DNA from: Bdellovibrionota bacterium
GTDB lineage: Bacteria > Bdellovibrionota_C > UBA2361 > JBGSMV01
NCBI GenBank assembly: GCA_044356455.1
Contig: JBIKWF010000015.1
Span: forward strand, 1-54,111
DNA: 54,111 bases
Reading direction: 5' to 3'
In this document: piece after piece, positions 40,523 through 49,984 of the stretch
Numbering within the stretch: the first letter of the stretch is position 1
Layout: every line of letters begins with the position of its first letter
Notes under the pieces: generated by a model
Told to the model about the DNA's origin: nothing
What the model saw: only the letters and a program-made list of their open reading frames with translations
Databases searched by the model: none
Made by a program: the position numbers and the translations under genes

Positions 40523-41308
40523 ATGATTATTGGGGTAGTTAATCAGAAGGGCGGAGTTGGTAAAACCACAACAACAGTGAACCTTGGGGCGGCAATTGCT
40601 CAGAAGGGTAAGAAGGTTCTGCTGATTGATATTGATGCCCAGAGTAATCTCACTACTCACCTTGGCCTTGGGGCTAAGGATGAAGAATCCCCAAGCATTG
40701 AAAAGCCCCCTATTCCTGAATTCTCTATCTACGATGTGCTCAAAGGCGTAAAGACGCTTAAGGAAGTCGTCATTCATCGTTCCGATCACCTTGATGTTGT
40801 TCCCTCGAGCTTGTTACTCAGCGCTGCTGATCTTGAACTTGGCGGCGTAGTCGGCCGCGAGCTGATTCTTAAGCGCGCTCTTCAGTCAGTCGCAGGGATG
40901 TATGATGCAATTTTAATTGATTGCCCCCCTGCCCTTGGTTTGCTCTCGCTTAACGCGCTCGCCGCAGTTGAGAAAGTTGTTATCCCCGTGCAGAGCGAAT
41001 ATCTCGCTCTCCACGGAGTAAGGCAACTGCTTGATACCATTGATCAAGTGCGTAGCATCTACAATCCTTCGCTTGTGGTGGGAGGTGTTCTCATTTGCCT
41101 TCACGATAGCCGTAAACGCCTAGCCCGAGCCGTTGCGGATACGATCCGAGCTTATTTCGGAGATCTTGTATTCGATACTATCGTACGCTCGAATGTAGCG
41201 CTCGCGGAGGCACCTGCACACGGCCAGTCGATTTTCGAGTATTCGGCAAAGTCTTCAGGGGCCGAAGATTATCTTTCGCTCGCGGAAGAGGTTTTGTCGG
41301 ACAATTAG
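40523..41308 (+). CDS. parA: ParA/Soj partition ATPase
   Basis: NQKGGVGKTTT, DIDAQSN, IDCPPALG, PVQSEY and LAEAP. Confidence 0.95.
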   Translation: MIIGVVNQKGGVGKTTTTVNLGAAIAQKGKKVLLIDIDAQSNLTTHLGLGAKDEESPSIEKPPIPEFSIYDVLKGVKTLKEVVIHRSDHLDVVPSSLLLSAADLELGGVVGRELILKRALQSVAGMYDAILIDCPPALGLLSLNALAAVEKVVIPVQSEYLALHGVRQLLDTIDQVRSIYNPSLVVGGVLICLHDSRKRLARAVADTIRAYFGDLVFDTIVRSNVALAEAPAHGQSIFEYSAKSSGAEDYLSLAEEVLSDN

Positions 41309-41423
41309 CTGACTGAATCGGTGCCTTATATATAGATATAGATAGATTTTATTCTAGGGACTGTATCTTCCTGCAAGAAGGTGCATTTTCGGGCTGATTC
41401 CTGCTTTATTTGGAGTTTGGACT

Positions 41424-42293
41424 ATGAGCAAACGTAAGCTCGTTCTCGCTAACAATCCCCTACTCTCAGGTCCTGCACTTGGCGAAAGGGATCGCGGTGG
41501 TATCCCCTACCGTGTCTTGCCACTTGCTTCCATTGATCGCGATCCGAATCAGCCGCGTACCATGTTCGACGAGGAGCGGCTCAATGAGCTTTCAAGTTCA
41601 ATTAAGGCCTATGGAGTTCTTAGCCCAATTCTCGTGAGACCCAGCGAAACACCAGGTCGGTACACGCTTATTTCGGGTGAACGCCGCATGCGCGCCGCGC
41701 ATCTTGCTGGCCTATCCTCAATTCCGACGATTGTAGACCAAAGAGAAGAAGGGCCTGAGGACAGAACGCTGGCAATTCAGCTCGTAGAGAATCTGCAGCG
41801 CGCTGATTTGAGCGCTTTAGAGCGTGCTCATGCGATTGGAGCGCTCCGAGACACCTATAAACTAAGCGTTCGAGATATTGCGGAGAAGCTTGGTATCTCA
41901 AAAAGCATGGTGCAGAGAAGTTTGGAGATTCTGGAGTTGCCAGATGATCTATTGAGCGCCCTAAGGGACGGTGCTTCTGAGTCAAAAGTCTTATTACTCG
42001 CAAAAATCTCGGATCCCGATATTCGGGCGAGCTATCTTCGAGACCTCGAATCTCTCACGCGTAGTGAGCTCGAGAAGAATATGCGGAAGGGGACTTCGCA
42101 AGAGGATCGCACGGCTTCTGTTTCTGACGTTGATCCTGAAGATAGACGCATCACCGAGGAAATCCAAAGGGCCATTGGATTGAAGGTAAGAATGATGAGA
42201 AGCGCCCCGCAGTCAGAATCAGGGCGCTTGGTAATCGATTTCTATTCTAATCAGGACCTGCAAGAGCTATTTCGCCGGCTCGTTAACCAGTAG
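41424..42293 (+). CDS. parB: ParB/Spo0J partition protein
   Basis: DPNQPR, GVLSPILVR, SGERR CTP-binding motif, ENLQRADL and an HTH. Confidence 0.93.
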   Translation: MSKRKLVLANNPLLSGPALGERDRGGIPYRVLPLASIDRDPNQPRTMFDEERLNELSSSIKAYGVLSPILVRPSETPGRYTLISGERRMRAAHLAGLSSIPTIVDQREEGPEDRTLAIQLVENLQRADLSALERAHAIGALRDTYKLSVRDIAEKLGISKSMVQRSLEILELPDDLLSALRDGASESKVLLLAKISDPDIRASYLRDLESLTRSELEKNMRKGTSQEDRTASVSDVDPEDRRITEEIQRAIGLKVRMMRSAPQSESGRLVIDFYSNQDLQELFRRLVNQ

Positions 42294-42320
42294 GGCATTA
42301 TATCCATTCGCGGGCGAATT

Positions 42321-42409
42321 TGTCCCACGGTGGGACAGTCTCCTGTGGATTACACGGGTAATGAATTAAGGTAAGTAGAGCGGCTTCCCACATGTCCCAC
42401 GGTGGGACA
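42321..42409. promoter_or_regulatory. Two identical 17-bp palindromes TGTCCCACGGTGGGACA (candidate parS)
   Basis: Copies at 42321-42337 and 42393-42409, just downstream of parB; 8-bp perfect arms resembling the TGTTTCACGTGAAACA parS. Confidence 0.6.
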
Positions 42410-42432
42410 GAGGTAGTGCTGAAATAATCCTT

Positions 42433-42708
42433 CGGCACCCCGGGGACGGGGCGCCCTACCATGTGTGCCCATGGCGTCACACCCTTGGCGATGCAGTCCG
42501 GTAGGGCGCCTCGTCCCGAGGTGCCGAATCAAATGCCGCAAGTCGCCAACTTATCGGGCTCGACACGGTAGGGCGCCCCGTCCCCCGGGGCGCCGAAGAT
42601 AAGGCTACAAATCGCCAATCAGGTTCGCATCTGCACAGGCGAAAGATACCCATTAACGAGCGCCCCAATTGTGGTAAAGGGTGATTGCCGCGGCGCCCTG
42701 AGGACAAC
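42433..42708. repeat. GTAG-type REP palindrome cluster
   Basis: CGGCACCCCGGGGACGGGGCGCCCTAC, GTAGGGCGCCTCGTCCCGAGGTGCCG and GTAGGGCGCCCCGTCCCCCGGGGCGCCG, plus a degenerate fourth copy. Confidence 0.75.
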
Positions 42709-42740
42709 GCTCAAAAATAAACGCTTAACCATCGCCCCTT

Positions 42741-44024
42741 ATGGGATTCAATCTTCCCGGAATCGAATACTTGAAGACGCTCAGCCCATGGACAGGGAAG
42801 GGGGGCTTTGGCCTCGATGCAATTAAACGTGCTGCCGAAGCCTGGGGGAATCCGCAGGATTCTGTAAAGAGCATTCACGTTACCGGAACAAACGGAAAGG
42901 GGTCGGTCTGTGCCTATCTTGCGACCATCCTCGGGTATTCAGGTAAGAAAGTAGGGCTCACGACTTCACCTCACCTTTCGAGAATGAATGAGCGTCTGAT
43001 CTTCGATGGCCTTCCTATTGGAGATGATGAACTTTCGGGCTACGGGCTCGTCCTTCACGCTCTTCTTAAGAGGCATTCAATTGAGCTCAGCTTCTTTGAA
43101 GCCATTACGCTGATATTCTTTCACGCCTGCCGCGAAAGGAAGCTCGATTGGATGGTTGTTGAAGTCGGGCTGGGGGGTAGAACCGACGCGACAAACATTA
43201 TAGGCCGCCCAGAGGTCTGTTGTGTGACAACAATCGACCTTGAGCATCAAGATATCCTGGGAGATTCTCTCGATAAAATAGCCCGTGAGAAGGGAGGCAT
43301 AGTCAAAGCTGGATGCTCTCTTGTTATTGGGGAACGCAAAGACTCCCCGAGAAACGTGCTCTTAGAGATTGCCAAGAATCTAGGTGTGAGAGCCCAGGCT
43401 ATTGAACGAGACTTCGGCTGGAGAGCAGAAGTCGGTAACGATGCCATCGAGTTTTGGAATAAGTCAGAGAGTAGGGGGAGCTTTACTCCAGGTTTAAGAG
43501 GCCGCTATCAGTTTGATAACGCTGCAGTTGCCTTCGCCGCAGCGGAACTCATGGCTATTGAACCGGCAGTTATCGCTAGAGGTATTGCGAATACGCGCTG
43601 GCCAGGACGCTTAGAAGAACTTTCGATTGATGGCAGATACTGCCTCTTGGATGCCGGGCATAATCCTGCAGGAATTCTTTCTCTCACTAACTATCTGAAA
43701 GAAAACAATATTACCTCAGTTGAACTTGGCTTTGGGGTTCTCAGAACAAAAAATTGGAAGGAAATGGTCAACGAGCTTCTTCCCTTTGTAAGCTCGTGGA
43801 ATTTATTGAAGCCTGATGCCGGGCCTGCGGTTGAGCCAGAAGAGATAGCGGACTATCTATCGAGTCTTGGGATAAGTTCTCAATGCTTTGGGCAGGACTA
43901 TGCAGCGTTCTTTTCCTCCATGGCCGGTAGAAAAATCTCAGCTCCACTACTCCTCACAGGATCGATTTACTTGATAGGAAAGCTTCGCGAGTATCTCGTG
44001 AAACAAGATAAGCCGATGTGGTAG
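42741..44024 (+). CDS. folC: Folylpolyglutamate synthase/dihydrofolate synthase
   Basis: HVTGTNGKGS, TSPHL, EVGLGGRTDATN, WPGRLE, LDAGHNP and TGSIYLIG. Confidence 0.95.
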   Translation: MGFNLPGIEYLKTLSPWTGKGGFGLDAIKRAAEAWGNPQDSVKSIHVTGTNGKGSVCAYLATILGYSGKKVGLTTSPHLSRMNERLIFDGLPIGDDELSGYGLVLHALLKRHSIELSFFEAITLIFFHACRERKLDWMVVEVGLGGRTDATNIIGRPEVCCVTTIDLEHQDILGDSLDKIAREKGGIVKAGCSLVIGERKDSPRNVLLEIAKNLGVRAQAIERDFGWRAEVGNDAIEFWNKSESRGSFTPGLRGRYQFDNAAVAFAAAELMAIEPAVIARGIANTRWPGRLEELSIDGRYCLLDAGHNPAGILSLTNYLKENNITSVELGFGVLRTKNWKEMVNELLPFVSSWNLLKPDAGPAVEPEEIADYLSSLGISSQCFGQDYAAFFSSMAGRKISAPLLLTGSIYLIGKLREYLVKQDKPMW

Positions 44025-44125
44025 GAAGCTTCCCTTTGTCTCTGTGTAATTGTCGCTTGCTATGGTTTAACAATAGCAGGTCGGTAGTCACGCAGGATGT
44101 TTGTTTAATATTATCAATTAGTTAG

Positions 44126-44977
44126 GTGTTTTTCTTGGAGCCCCAATCAATTGCCTCTCTAAAAAACTTGGGTGTCCACTTTGAAGAGACGCTGACCCGC
44201 GAAATTGAGGCGCTTCCCATTGATGGGACGCTTAAGGAAGCGGTGAGATATGCGCTACTCTCTGGCGGCAAGCGAATTCGCCCACTCTTTGCGCTGGCTC
44301 TCGCCTCAGACCTAAATGGCTCTCCATCTGAGCAGGTGCTGACTCTTATGGTGCCCCTGGAAATGGTGCATGCCGCCTCTTTGGTTCACGACGACCTTCC
44401 GGCCCTTGATAACGACGACGTGCGGCGCGGGAAACCATCTCTGCACCGTGCCTTTAACGAGTCTGCTGCCATTTTATGCGGTGACTATTTAATTCCAGCG
44501 GCATTTTCAATCTGTTGCTTCGCCACCAACGATCAAAATTGCACTGCGCGACTTACTCGCGCGCTCTCCCAGGCGTATGGAGCTGTCTGTTATGGCCAGC
44601 AGTTAGATCTTGCTCCCGATCTTAACGCCGAGGCACTTATTACTGTGCATCGAAATAAGACAGCCGCTCTTTTCGCCTGCGCAGCCGAATTTGCAGGCAT
44701 CGTGACCAAGCAAAGTGAAGCAGTGATTCAAGCTCTCCATGCGTGCGGCGAGACGCTCGGAATGTATTTTCAATTCGTCGACGATTTTCTTGATAGAGAC
44801 GACGACCGCCCCAATCTCGCGCGCGGATTGTCTTTGCAGCAAGCGCTTGATGCGCTTGACGCGGCATTCATTCGTGTTGAGCAAAGTTTTGTGGCCCTTG
44901 AGGCACTACATCAAAATTGCTCGCTTAAACTTACGCGCGAAATTGTGAATTCTGTGCGGGCGCAGTTGGCGAGTTAA
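44126..44977 (+). CDS. ispA: Polyprenyl (farnesyl/geranylgeranyl) diphosphate synthase
   Basis: GGKRIRP, SLVHDDLPALDNDDVRRGKP, GQQLD, KT and FQFVDDFLD. Confidence 0.9.
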   Translation: MFFLEPQSIASLKNLGVHFEETLTREIEALPIDGTLKEAVRYALLSGGKRIRPLFALALASDLNGSPSEQVLTLMVPLEMVHAASLVHDDLPALDNDDVRRGKPSLHRAFNESAAILCGDYLIPAAFSICCFATNDQNCTARLTRALSQAYGAVCYGQQLDLAPDLNAEALITVHRNKTAALFACAAEFAGIVTKQSEAVIQALHACGETLGMYFQFVDDFLDRDDDRPNLARGLSLQQALDALDAAFIRVEQSFVALEALHQNCSLKLTREIVNSVRAQLAS

Positions 44978-44991
44978 GGGACGCGTAACTC

Positions 44992-45588
44992 ATGGATGAG
45001 AAATCTTTGATCAGTAGTGTAGCAATTGTTTTAACCTTTGTTGGATACGCTCCTTATTTTGCCGATATTTTTAAAGGAAAGACCCGGCCGCACATGTTTT
45101 CATGGCTGGTGTGGGGGATCGTAACTACCATTATTTTTGCGCTCCAAGTAAGCGCAGGGGCAGGGCTTGCAGCCTATGTTACGCTGAGCGTGGCGCTCAT
45201 TAGTCTCTCTATTTTTTTTATTAGTTTAAAGAATGGCACGCGAGATGTTTCTAGAATCGACGTTGTCTTTCTTGCGTTGGCACTGCTTTCGATTCCGCTC
45301 TGGCTTGTGGTAAAGCAGCCGGTGCTATCCATTATTCTTCTTTCAACAATCGATATGCTTGGGTTTCTGCCCACGGTTCGTAAGTCCTGGAACGATCCTC
45401 ATTCCGAGACCCTCTCGCTTTATGTAATCACCACAGTGCGGCACGGGCTTAGTATTCTGGGCTTAGTGGAATACAATATTGTCACCATGCTGTTTCCTCT
45501 CACCTGGGTTTTTGCAAACGCGGGGTTTTCGGTGTTGCTGGTGGTTCGACGAGGGGTTGTGGGGAAGGGTGGGGGAGAGACGCGCTAA
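44992..45588 (+). CDS. Hypothetical multi-pass membrane protein (PQ-loop-like duplicated halves)
   Basis: About seven hydrophobic helices; PY..DI.KGKTRP..FSW and PTVRKSW.DP.SE. Confidence 0.65.
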   Translation: MDEKSLISSVAIVLTFVGYAPYFADIFKGKTRPHMFSWLVWGIVTTIIFALQVSAGAGLAAYVTLSVALISLSIFFISLKNGTRDVSRIDVVFLALALLSIPLWLVVKQPVLSIILLSTIDMLGFLPTVRKSWNDPHSETLSLYVITTVRHGLSILGLVEYNIVTMLFPLTWVFANAGFSVLLVVRRGVVGKGGGETR

Positions 45589-45589
45589 T

Positions 45590-45945
45590 GGGTAGGGCGC
45601 GCCGTTCCGCCTCTGCCAGTAGGCGACGGCGCGACGCGCGCCCCGGCGTGCCGAATCAAATCTCCCGGATTTGTCATCTGGCGGTGGAGATTCCCCAAGC
45701 AGCAATGGGAGTTAATAAACACGCCACGTGCCGGGGTGGGAGATTGTTCGGCACCGCGAGGACGCGGCGCCCTACCAAGATGATGCGCCAATGGGTAGGG
45801 CGCGTCGTTCCGCCTCTGCCAGTAGGCGACGGCGCGACGCGCGCCCCGGCGCGCCGTGTTCGAATCAACAAGCTGGTGGCGAATGGGGTAACATTTCAGA
45901 AGAGTCGAGAGATCTTTCGGCACCGCGAGGACACGACGCCCTACC
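45590..45945. repeat. GTAG-type REP cluster with duplicated long variant
   Basis: ~65-bp GTAGGGCG...GTAGGCGACGGCGCGACGCGCGCCCCGGCG unit at ~45590 and ~45794, alternating with CGGCACCGCGAGGAC..CGCCCTACC. Confidence 0.75.
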
Positions 45946-46008
45946 TAATCAATTGGTCTAATACGAATCATGGTCGGGCGCCGTGAAATCATCAAAATCG
46001 GACTAACT

Positions 46009-46377
46009 TCACGCCTTAACCGGCTTAGGGCTAAAAAGAACTTTCTCTAATTCTGCAATTTTATCTCCATGCACGCGCACACCTTCACGCACGAGAAGTT
46101 TCTTCTTCTCTTCTGCGCCATTCGCAAAGCCTCCAAGCGACCCATCGCTTCGCACCACTCGGTGACACGGGACTTTCGGGGCAAAGGGATTTTTGTTAAG
46201 CGCATTACCCACCGCACGAGCGCCTCGCGTTTTCATGGCCTTTGCAAGAAGTTGATACGTGGTGACTTTGCCTTTGGGCACCTGACAAAGAATGTCATAA
46301 CAGAGCAATTCAAATCTGGTGGGCTCTCTTAAAACATTCTTTGAGCTTACATCTTTGCTCTTACGGCGAGAGGTCAT
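46009..46377 (-). CDS. MGMT-family O6-alkylguanine DNA alkyltransferase
   Basis: VPKGKVTTY, ARAVGNAL and VPCHRVV active-site motif. Confidence 0.9.
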   Translation of the reverse strand: MTSRRKSKDVSSKNVLREPTRFELLCYDILCQVPKGKVTTYQLLAKAMKTRGARAVGNALNKNPFAPKVPCHRVVRSDGSLGGFANGAEEKKKLLVREGVRVHGDKIAELEKVLFSPKPVKA

Positions 46378-46465
46378 GCGGTGCTCCTAGGAAAAATGAT
46401 ATCCGGTGAGCAAGTACCGCAACCATGCGGGAATTTCCACCCTAAACTTCATTTCCTGCCTCAGG

Positions 46466-47323
46466 TCACCCGCGGCTAAAGGCATTCGCCAAATCTTCAA
46501 GATTACGCTGAAATTCAATTACATCAGCACTTACAGGCGGGCTGCTTGGCGCAAGGGCAGGGTACGCAGGCATAAAAATAGCCATGCAGACTCCTAGCGA
46601 GACTCGGGCATAGAGATATGTGCTTACTATCACTCCAAGACAGAAGTTGAGTCGATACCCTGCCGGCACAAGATTTAAGTTCTGAGTCCCTTGTGCAAGC
46701 AAATAGAGACAGTAGAAAACACCAAAACTCAAGCTCAAAAGCGATCTGAGCGACTCAAAAGGGACTAGCGTCAGTAGGCCACTTAGCAGGAAAGGAGTAA
46801 GAGAAAAGAACGCCACTCCAAGCGCGAGAGAATCGTCTATTTCTCCCGAAAAGGCTCGCACCAACTTTCTGAGGATCCATGCGCTCGCAAGTACTACGCT
46901 GACCATCCATCCGCCAAGGATCAAGTAGTAACTGAGCCCATCAAAAAGAGGCATGCGCCATTGGCCATAAATTGGAACATAGACTCCGAGTGTGATGCTA
47001 CGAATAAGCCCCGCACATACCGAAACCAGGGATAGGGCAGCCGCGTATTCAATGAAACGAAAGCGCTTCACTTGGGACGGATCACTAAGCCAGTTCCAGC
47101 AAAGAATGGGGTGCGTAAGCACATAGACTGCGAGCGCGAGTCCGGCCGCAACACGTGCTTTCGGCGGAATTCTGGTTCGCATGCGACTTTGCTCGCTGTG
47201 CTCTGAGGAGGACCGCTCTGAGAAGGACCGCTCTGAGAAGGACCGCTCTGAGAAGGACTCTGAGTCTTTTGTGTGGGGGGTGCTCTCTTGGCTCATGACT
47301 TCGGTAGACTCCAACGTCTCCAC
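46466..47323 (-). CDS. Yip1-like multi-pass membrane protein
   Basis: VLTHP...W, five hydrophobic segments, FSLTP..L.G and YCLYLL..G. Confidence 0.55.
   Translation of the reverse strand: METLESTEVMSQESTPHTKDSESFSERSFSERSFSERSSSEHSEQSRMRTRIPPKARVAAGLALAVYVLTHPILCWNWLSDPSQVKRFRFIEYAAALSLVSVCAGLIRSITLGVYVPIYGQWRMPLFDGLSYYLILGGWMVSVVLASAWILRKLVRAFSGEIDDSLALGVAFFSLTPFLLSGLLTLVPFESLRSLLSLSFGVFYCLYLLAQGTQNLNLVPAGYRLNFCLGVIVSTYLYARVSLGVCMAIFMPAYPALAPSSPPVSADVIEFQRNLEDLANAFSRG
47200..47258. repeat. 15-bp coding VNTR (x4) encoding SFSER repeats
   Basis: GCTCTGAG(G/A)AGGACC tandem; translates as SFSERSFSERSFSERSSSE on the minus strand. Confidence 0.85.
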
Positions 47324-47406
47324 TATACCAACAAATAGTGGTGCTGTCCCACGGTTGAGTGGAATGAATCGCGTATATAGTTGAGAGGCCCGGCCTAAAG
47401 GCTGCG

Positions 47407-48411
47407 TTATACGAACTGGTCTTCCGCTCCTCCGCCGCCGACTGCAATCTTTCCCTCTGCTTCGAGGCGCCGAACGGTGTCGACGATGGATTGTTGGGCT
47501 TTTTCCACGTCCTTGAGTTTGACAGGGCCCATTGCCGACAAGTCTTCGGTGAGCATTTGAGCCGCACGTTGTGACATGTTGCGGAAAAGGAGATCGCGAA
47601 GTTCTTCGCTCGCTGTCTTGAGAGAAATAAGGAGCTGGTCGCGCGGGATTTCCTTGAGAACAGTTTGAATTCCGCGGTCGTCGATCTTCTTGACGTCCTC
47701 GAAAGTGAACATGAGGTTTCGAATATTCTCCGCCAGGTCAGGGTACATTTCCTCGATTTCAGAGAGAATGCGCTCTTCGTTCGTACGTTCGACGAAGTTA
47801 AGGATATTGGCGGCCGACTTCGGACCTACTACCTCTTCTTCCTCTGAGAGTCCGCCGCCTCGAAGCTGGGAGCGCAGCACCTCACGCACCTCATCAAGCA
47901 CGTCTGACTTCACGTTGTTAAGGTGAGCAATTCGTATGAGAACGTCCGTTTGGCTCTCTTCCGGCATGCGCTGAATAATAGAAGCTGCTTGGTCCGGGTT
48001 CATCTTCGTCATCAAAAACGAGATAGTCTGGGGATGTTCGGCTGCGATGAAGGAATTAAGAATCTTCTCAGGAACGTCTTGGATAATGGTGCTAATAGGT
48101 TCCTTCTTTGAACCTGAGATATACTCAAGCAGGCCCTCGCCCGCTTGGTCACCAAAGGCGCTTGCAATAACGTCTTTTGCGAATTCACGACCATCAACGA
48201 GCATCGTTGAAGTCGCTTTAATCATTTGGTGGAATTCTTTGCAGATCTGGAACTGCGTTTCGCGGTCAACCTCGTGCACGGCCATGAAGGCGCGGCTTAT
48301 ACGCTTTACTTCTTGTTCCTGAAGGTTCTGCAATACAGCTGAGGCGAGCTCCTTACCAAGGGTAAGAAGCGTGAGGGCAGCTTTTTCAGTATTTGATAAC
48401 TCGCGCGCCAT
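47407..48411 (-). CDS. fliG: Flagellar motor switch protein FliG
   Basis: EKAALTLLTLG, EHPQ, MFTFED, NMSQRAA, GPVKLKDVEKAQ and RRLEAEGKI. Confidence 0.95.
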   Translation of the reverse strand: MARELSNTEKAALTLLTLGKELASAVLQNLQEQEVKRISRAFMAVHEVDRETQFQICKEFHQMIKATSTMLVDGREFAKDVIASAFGDQAGEGLLEYISGSKKEPISTIIQDVPEKILNSFIAAEHPQTISFLMTKMNPDQAASIIQRMPEESQTDVLIRIAHLNNVKSDVLDEVREVLRSQLRGGGLSEEEEVVGPKSAANILNFVERTNEERILSEIEEMYPDLAENIRNLMFTFEDVKKIDDRGIQTVLKEIPRDQLLISLKTASEELRDLLFRNMSQRAAQMLTEDLSAMGPVKLKDVEKAQQSIVDTVRRLEAEGKIAVGGGGAEDQFV

Positions 48412-48556
48412 GACGTCAGCTGTTTCTTAAAATTCCCTAATGACCGGTGCTTACTCCTATGGAGTATCGTAGAAGTTGAGATGAAGACTTGATGATTCTG
48501 GCCGCAGATAAATTAAGCTCTTGTAACCATCTGAAAAGATAGGCTTGTTTTGATTT

Positions 48557-49285
48557 ATGCGAGCAATGATTCTTGCTGCGGGCAAGGGAACGCGCCTTAA
48601 AGACATAACTAAGACAACTCCCAAGTGCCTGGTCGAGGTTGCCGGGCGGCCCATGCTTGCTCATGTGGCAGACCAGCTGCGCGCAGCCGGGGTACAGGAG
48701 GTGGTTATTAACCTGCATCACCTCGCGGAAGTCGTCAGAGAGAGAGTAGTAAGGGAGGCTGGTTTTGGGCTCAAGGTGGAGTTCAGCCTTGAGCGCGAGC
48801 TACTTGGAACCGGAGGGGGATTGCGGAGGGTTAAGCAGTTCTTTTCCGGACCCGAGCCCTTTTTACTTCTTAACGCGGACATCTATTCCGAATTCCCTCT
48901 TAAGTCACTGGTAGAGTCGCATCAGGGGCCAGGCGCTCTTGGAACGCTTTTGACCATGCAGCGCGAGGACACTAGCTATCTTTTGTTTGACCGCGAGCGA
49001 GTCCTCAAGGGTTACGAGATTGTGGGAAAACGTCTCGAGCGAGTAGATGCCGAGGTAACGGGGCAAGGGCTCACGCGCGGCGCGTTTTGTGGGGTGCAAA
49101 TGTTAAGCCCTAGAATTTTTGATTTTATGGAAGGGTTTCCGGAAGAATTTTCTCTGATTGATGCGTATCTCAAGGCTGCGAGGGCAGGGGAGAAAATAGT
49201 CGCTCAGGACATTGGGAATGAGTTCTGGATTGATATGGGAACGCCTGAGAAGCTCGAGAGCCTGGGGAGGCATTTGCAGAGGTGA
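48557..49285 (+). CDS. Nucleotidyltransferase family protein (MurU/mannose-1-phosphate guanylyltransferase-like)
   Basis: MRAMILAAGKGTRL, PKCLV, LGTGGG, NADI and WIDMGTPE. Confidence 0.88.
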   Translation: MRAMILAAGKGTRLKDITKTTPKCLVEVAGRPMLAHVADQLRAAGVQEVVINLHHLAEVVRERVVREAGFGLKVEFSLERELLGTGGGLRRVKQFFSGPEPFLLLNADIYSEFPLKSLVESHQGPGALGTLLTMQREDTSYLLFDRERVLKGYEIVGKRLERVDAEVTGQGLTRGAFCGVQMLSPRIFDFMEGFPEEFSLIDAYLKAARAGEKIVAQDIGNEFWIDMGTPEKLESLGRHLQR

Positions 49286-49301
49286 GATTTTAAGAGATTC
49301 C

Positions 49302-49718
49302 CTAACCTAAAACCTTTGCTGAGCTATGCTGAGCGCCCAACTTCTTATCGAAGGTCCAGAGGGGGACCGCATTCTGAAGCTCTGCGTATGCCGCAAGACA
49401 GCAATCAACCAGCGATAATTTTGGGTGCCCTACATAATACGGCACGGCGACCGAGAACAGCCCTTGATTAGATCGCATCTGTTGATGATCAATAATCTGA
49501 AAGAGGTTGTCAGAAATTAGTTCACGATCGAACCCCAGAAGCTTTTCCAAAATGAAGGCGACCTCAATTATTGCGAGGTCGCTTACATGGAAGCACGCGC
49601 CTTTACTCAAGAGCTTGTCGACTGATTTTTGCTGCTCGGGAATATCCCCTAATAACCAGCGCAAAAGAATATTTGCATCCAGTGAGCCGCCTACTGGTAC
49701 AGAGGGTTTATTTCTCAT
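49302..49718 (-). CDS. PIN-domain (VapC-type) toxin
   Basis: LDANILLRWLLGD, IIEVAFIL, LSLVDC and WTFDKKL. Confidence 0.85.
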   Translation of the reverse strand: MRNKPSVPVGGSLDANILLRWLLGDIPEQQKSVDKLLSKGACFHVSDLAIIEVAFILEKLLGFDRELISDNLFQIIDHQQMRSNQGLFSVAVPYYVGHPKLSLVDCCLAAYAELQNAVPLWTFDKKLGAQHSSAKVLG

Positions 49719-49977
49719 CCAGCCCACCCCCCAGAAAATACTCACCCGCGTCGGTGATGGGCTTATAGTCCTTGGGTAGATGGGCTTTGTTCCGTGTCCG
49801 TACCTCGTCTAGGGTTTGGCGCTTGCGCAGAGTGATCACATTCGTTTCTGGATTAAACTGCAAGGTTAATTGGTCACCCTGACCAGAAATCTTCATTATC
49901 CGCCGCACAGCGGCAGGAAGTGTAAAAGTCCCCTTATTGGTAGCGGCGATAGTGAATTCGATTACACGTTTTGACAT
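49708..49977 (-). CDS. AbrB/MazE-type antitoxin
   Basis: KGTFTLPAAVRR swapped-hairpin motif; overlaps the start of the PIN gene. Confidence 0.8.
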   Translation of the reverse strand: MSKRVIEFTIAATNKGTFTLPAAVRRIMKISGQGDQLTLQFNPETNVITLRKRQTLDEVRTRNKAHLPKDYKPITDAGEYFLGGGLDEK

Positions 49978-49984
49978 ACATTAC

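Noticed and set aside
38116..42293. Prophage or ICE
   Set aside because: No integrase, att-like tRNA, relaxase, T4SS or phage structural genes in the window.
42344..42352. DnaA box (TGTGGATTA)
   Set aside because: A single one-mismatch box with no cluster; expected by chance.
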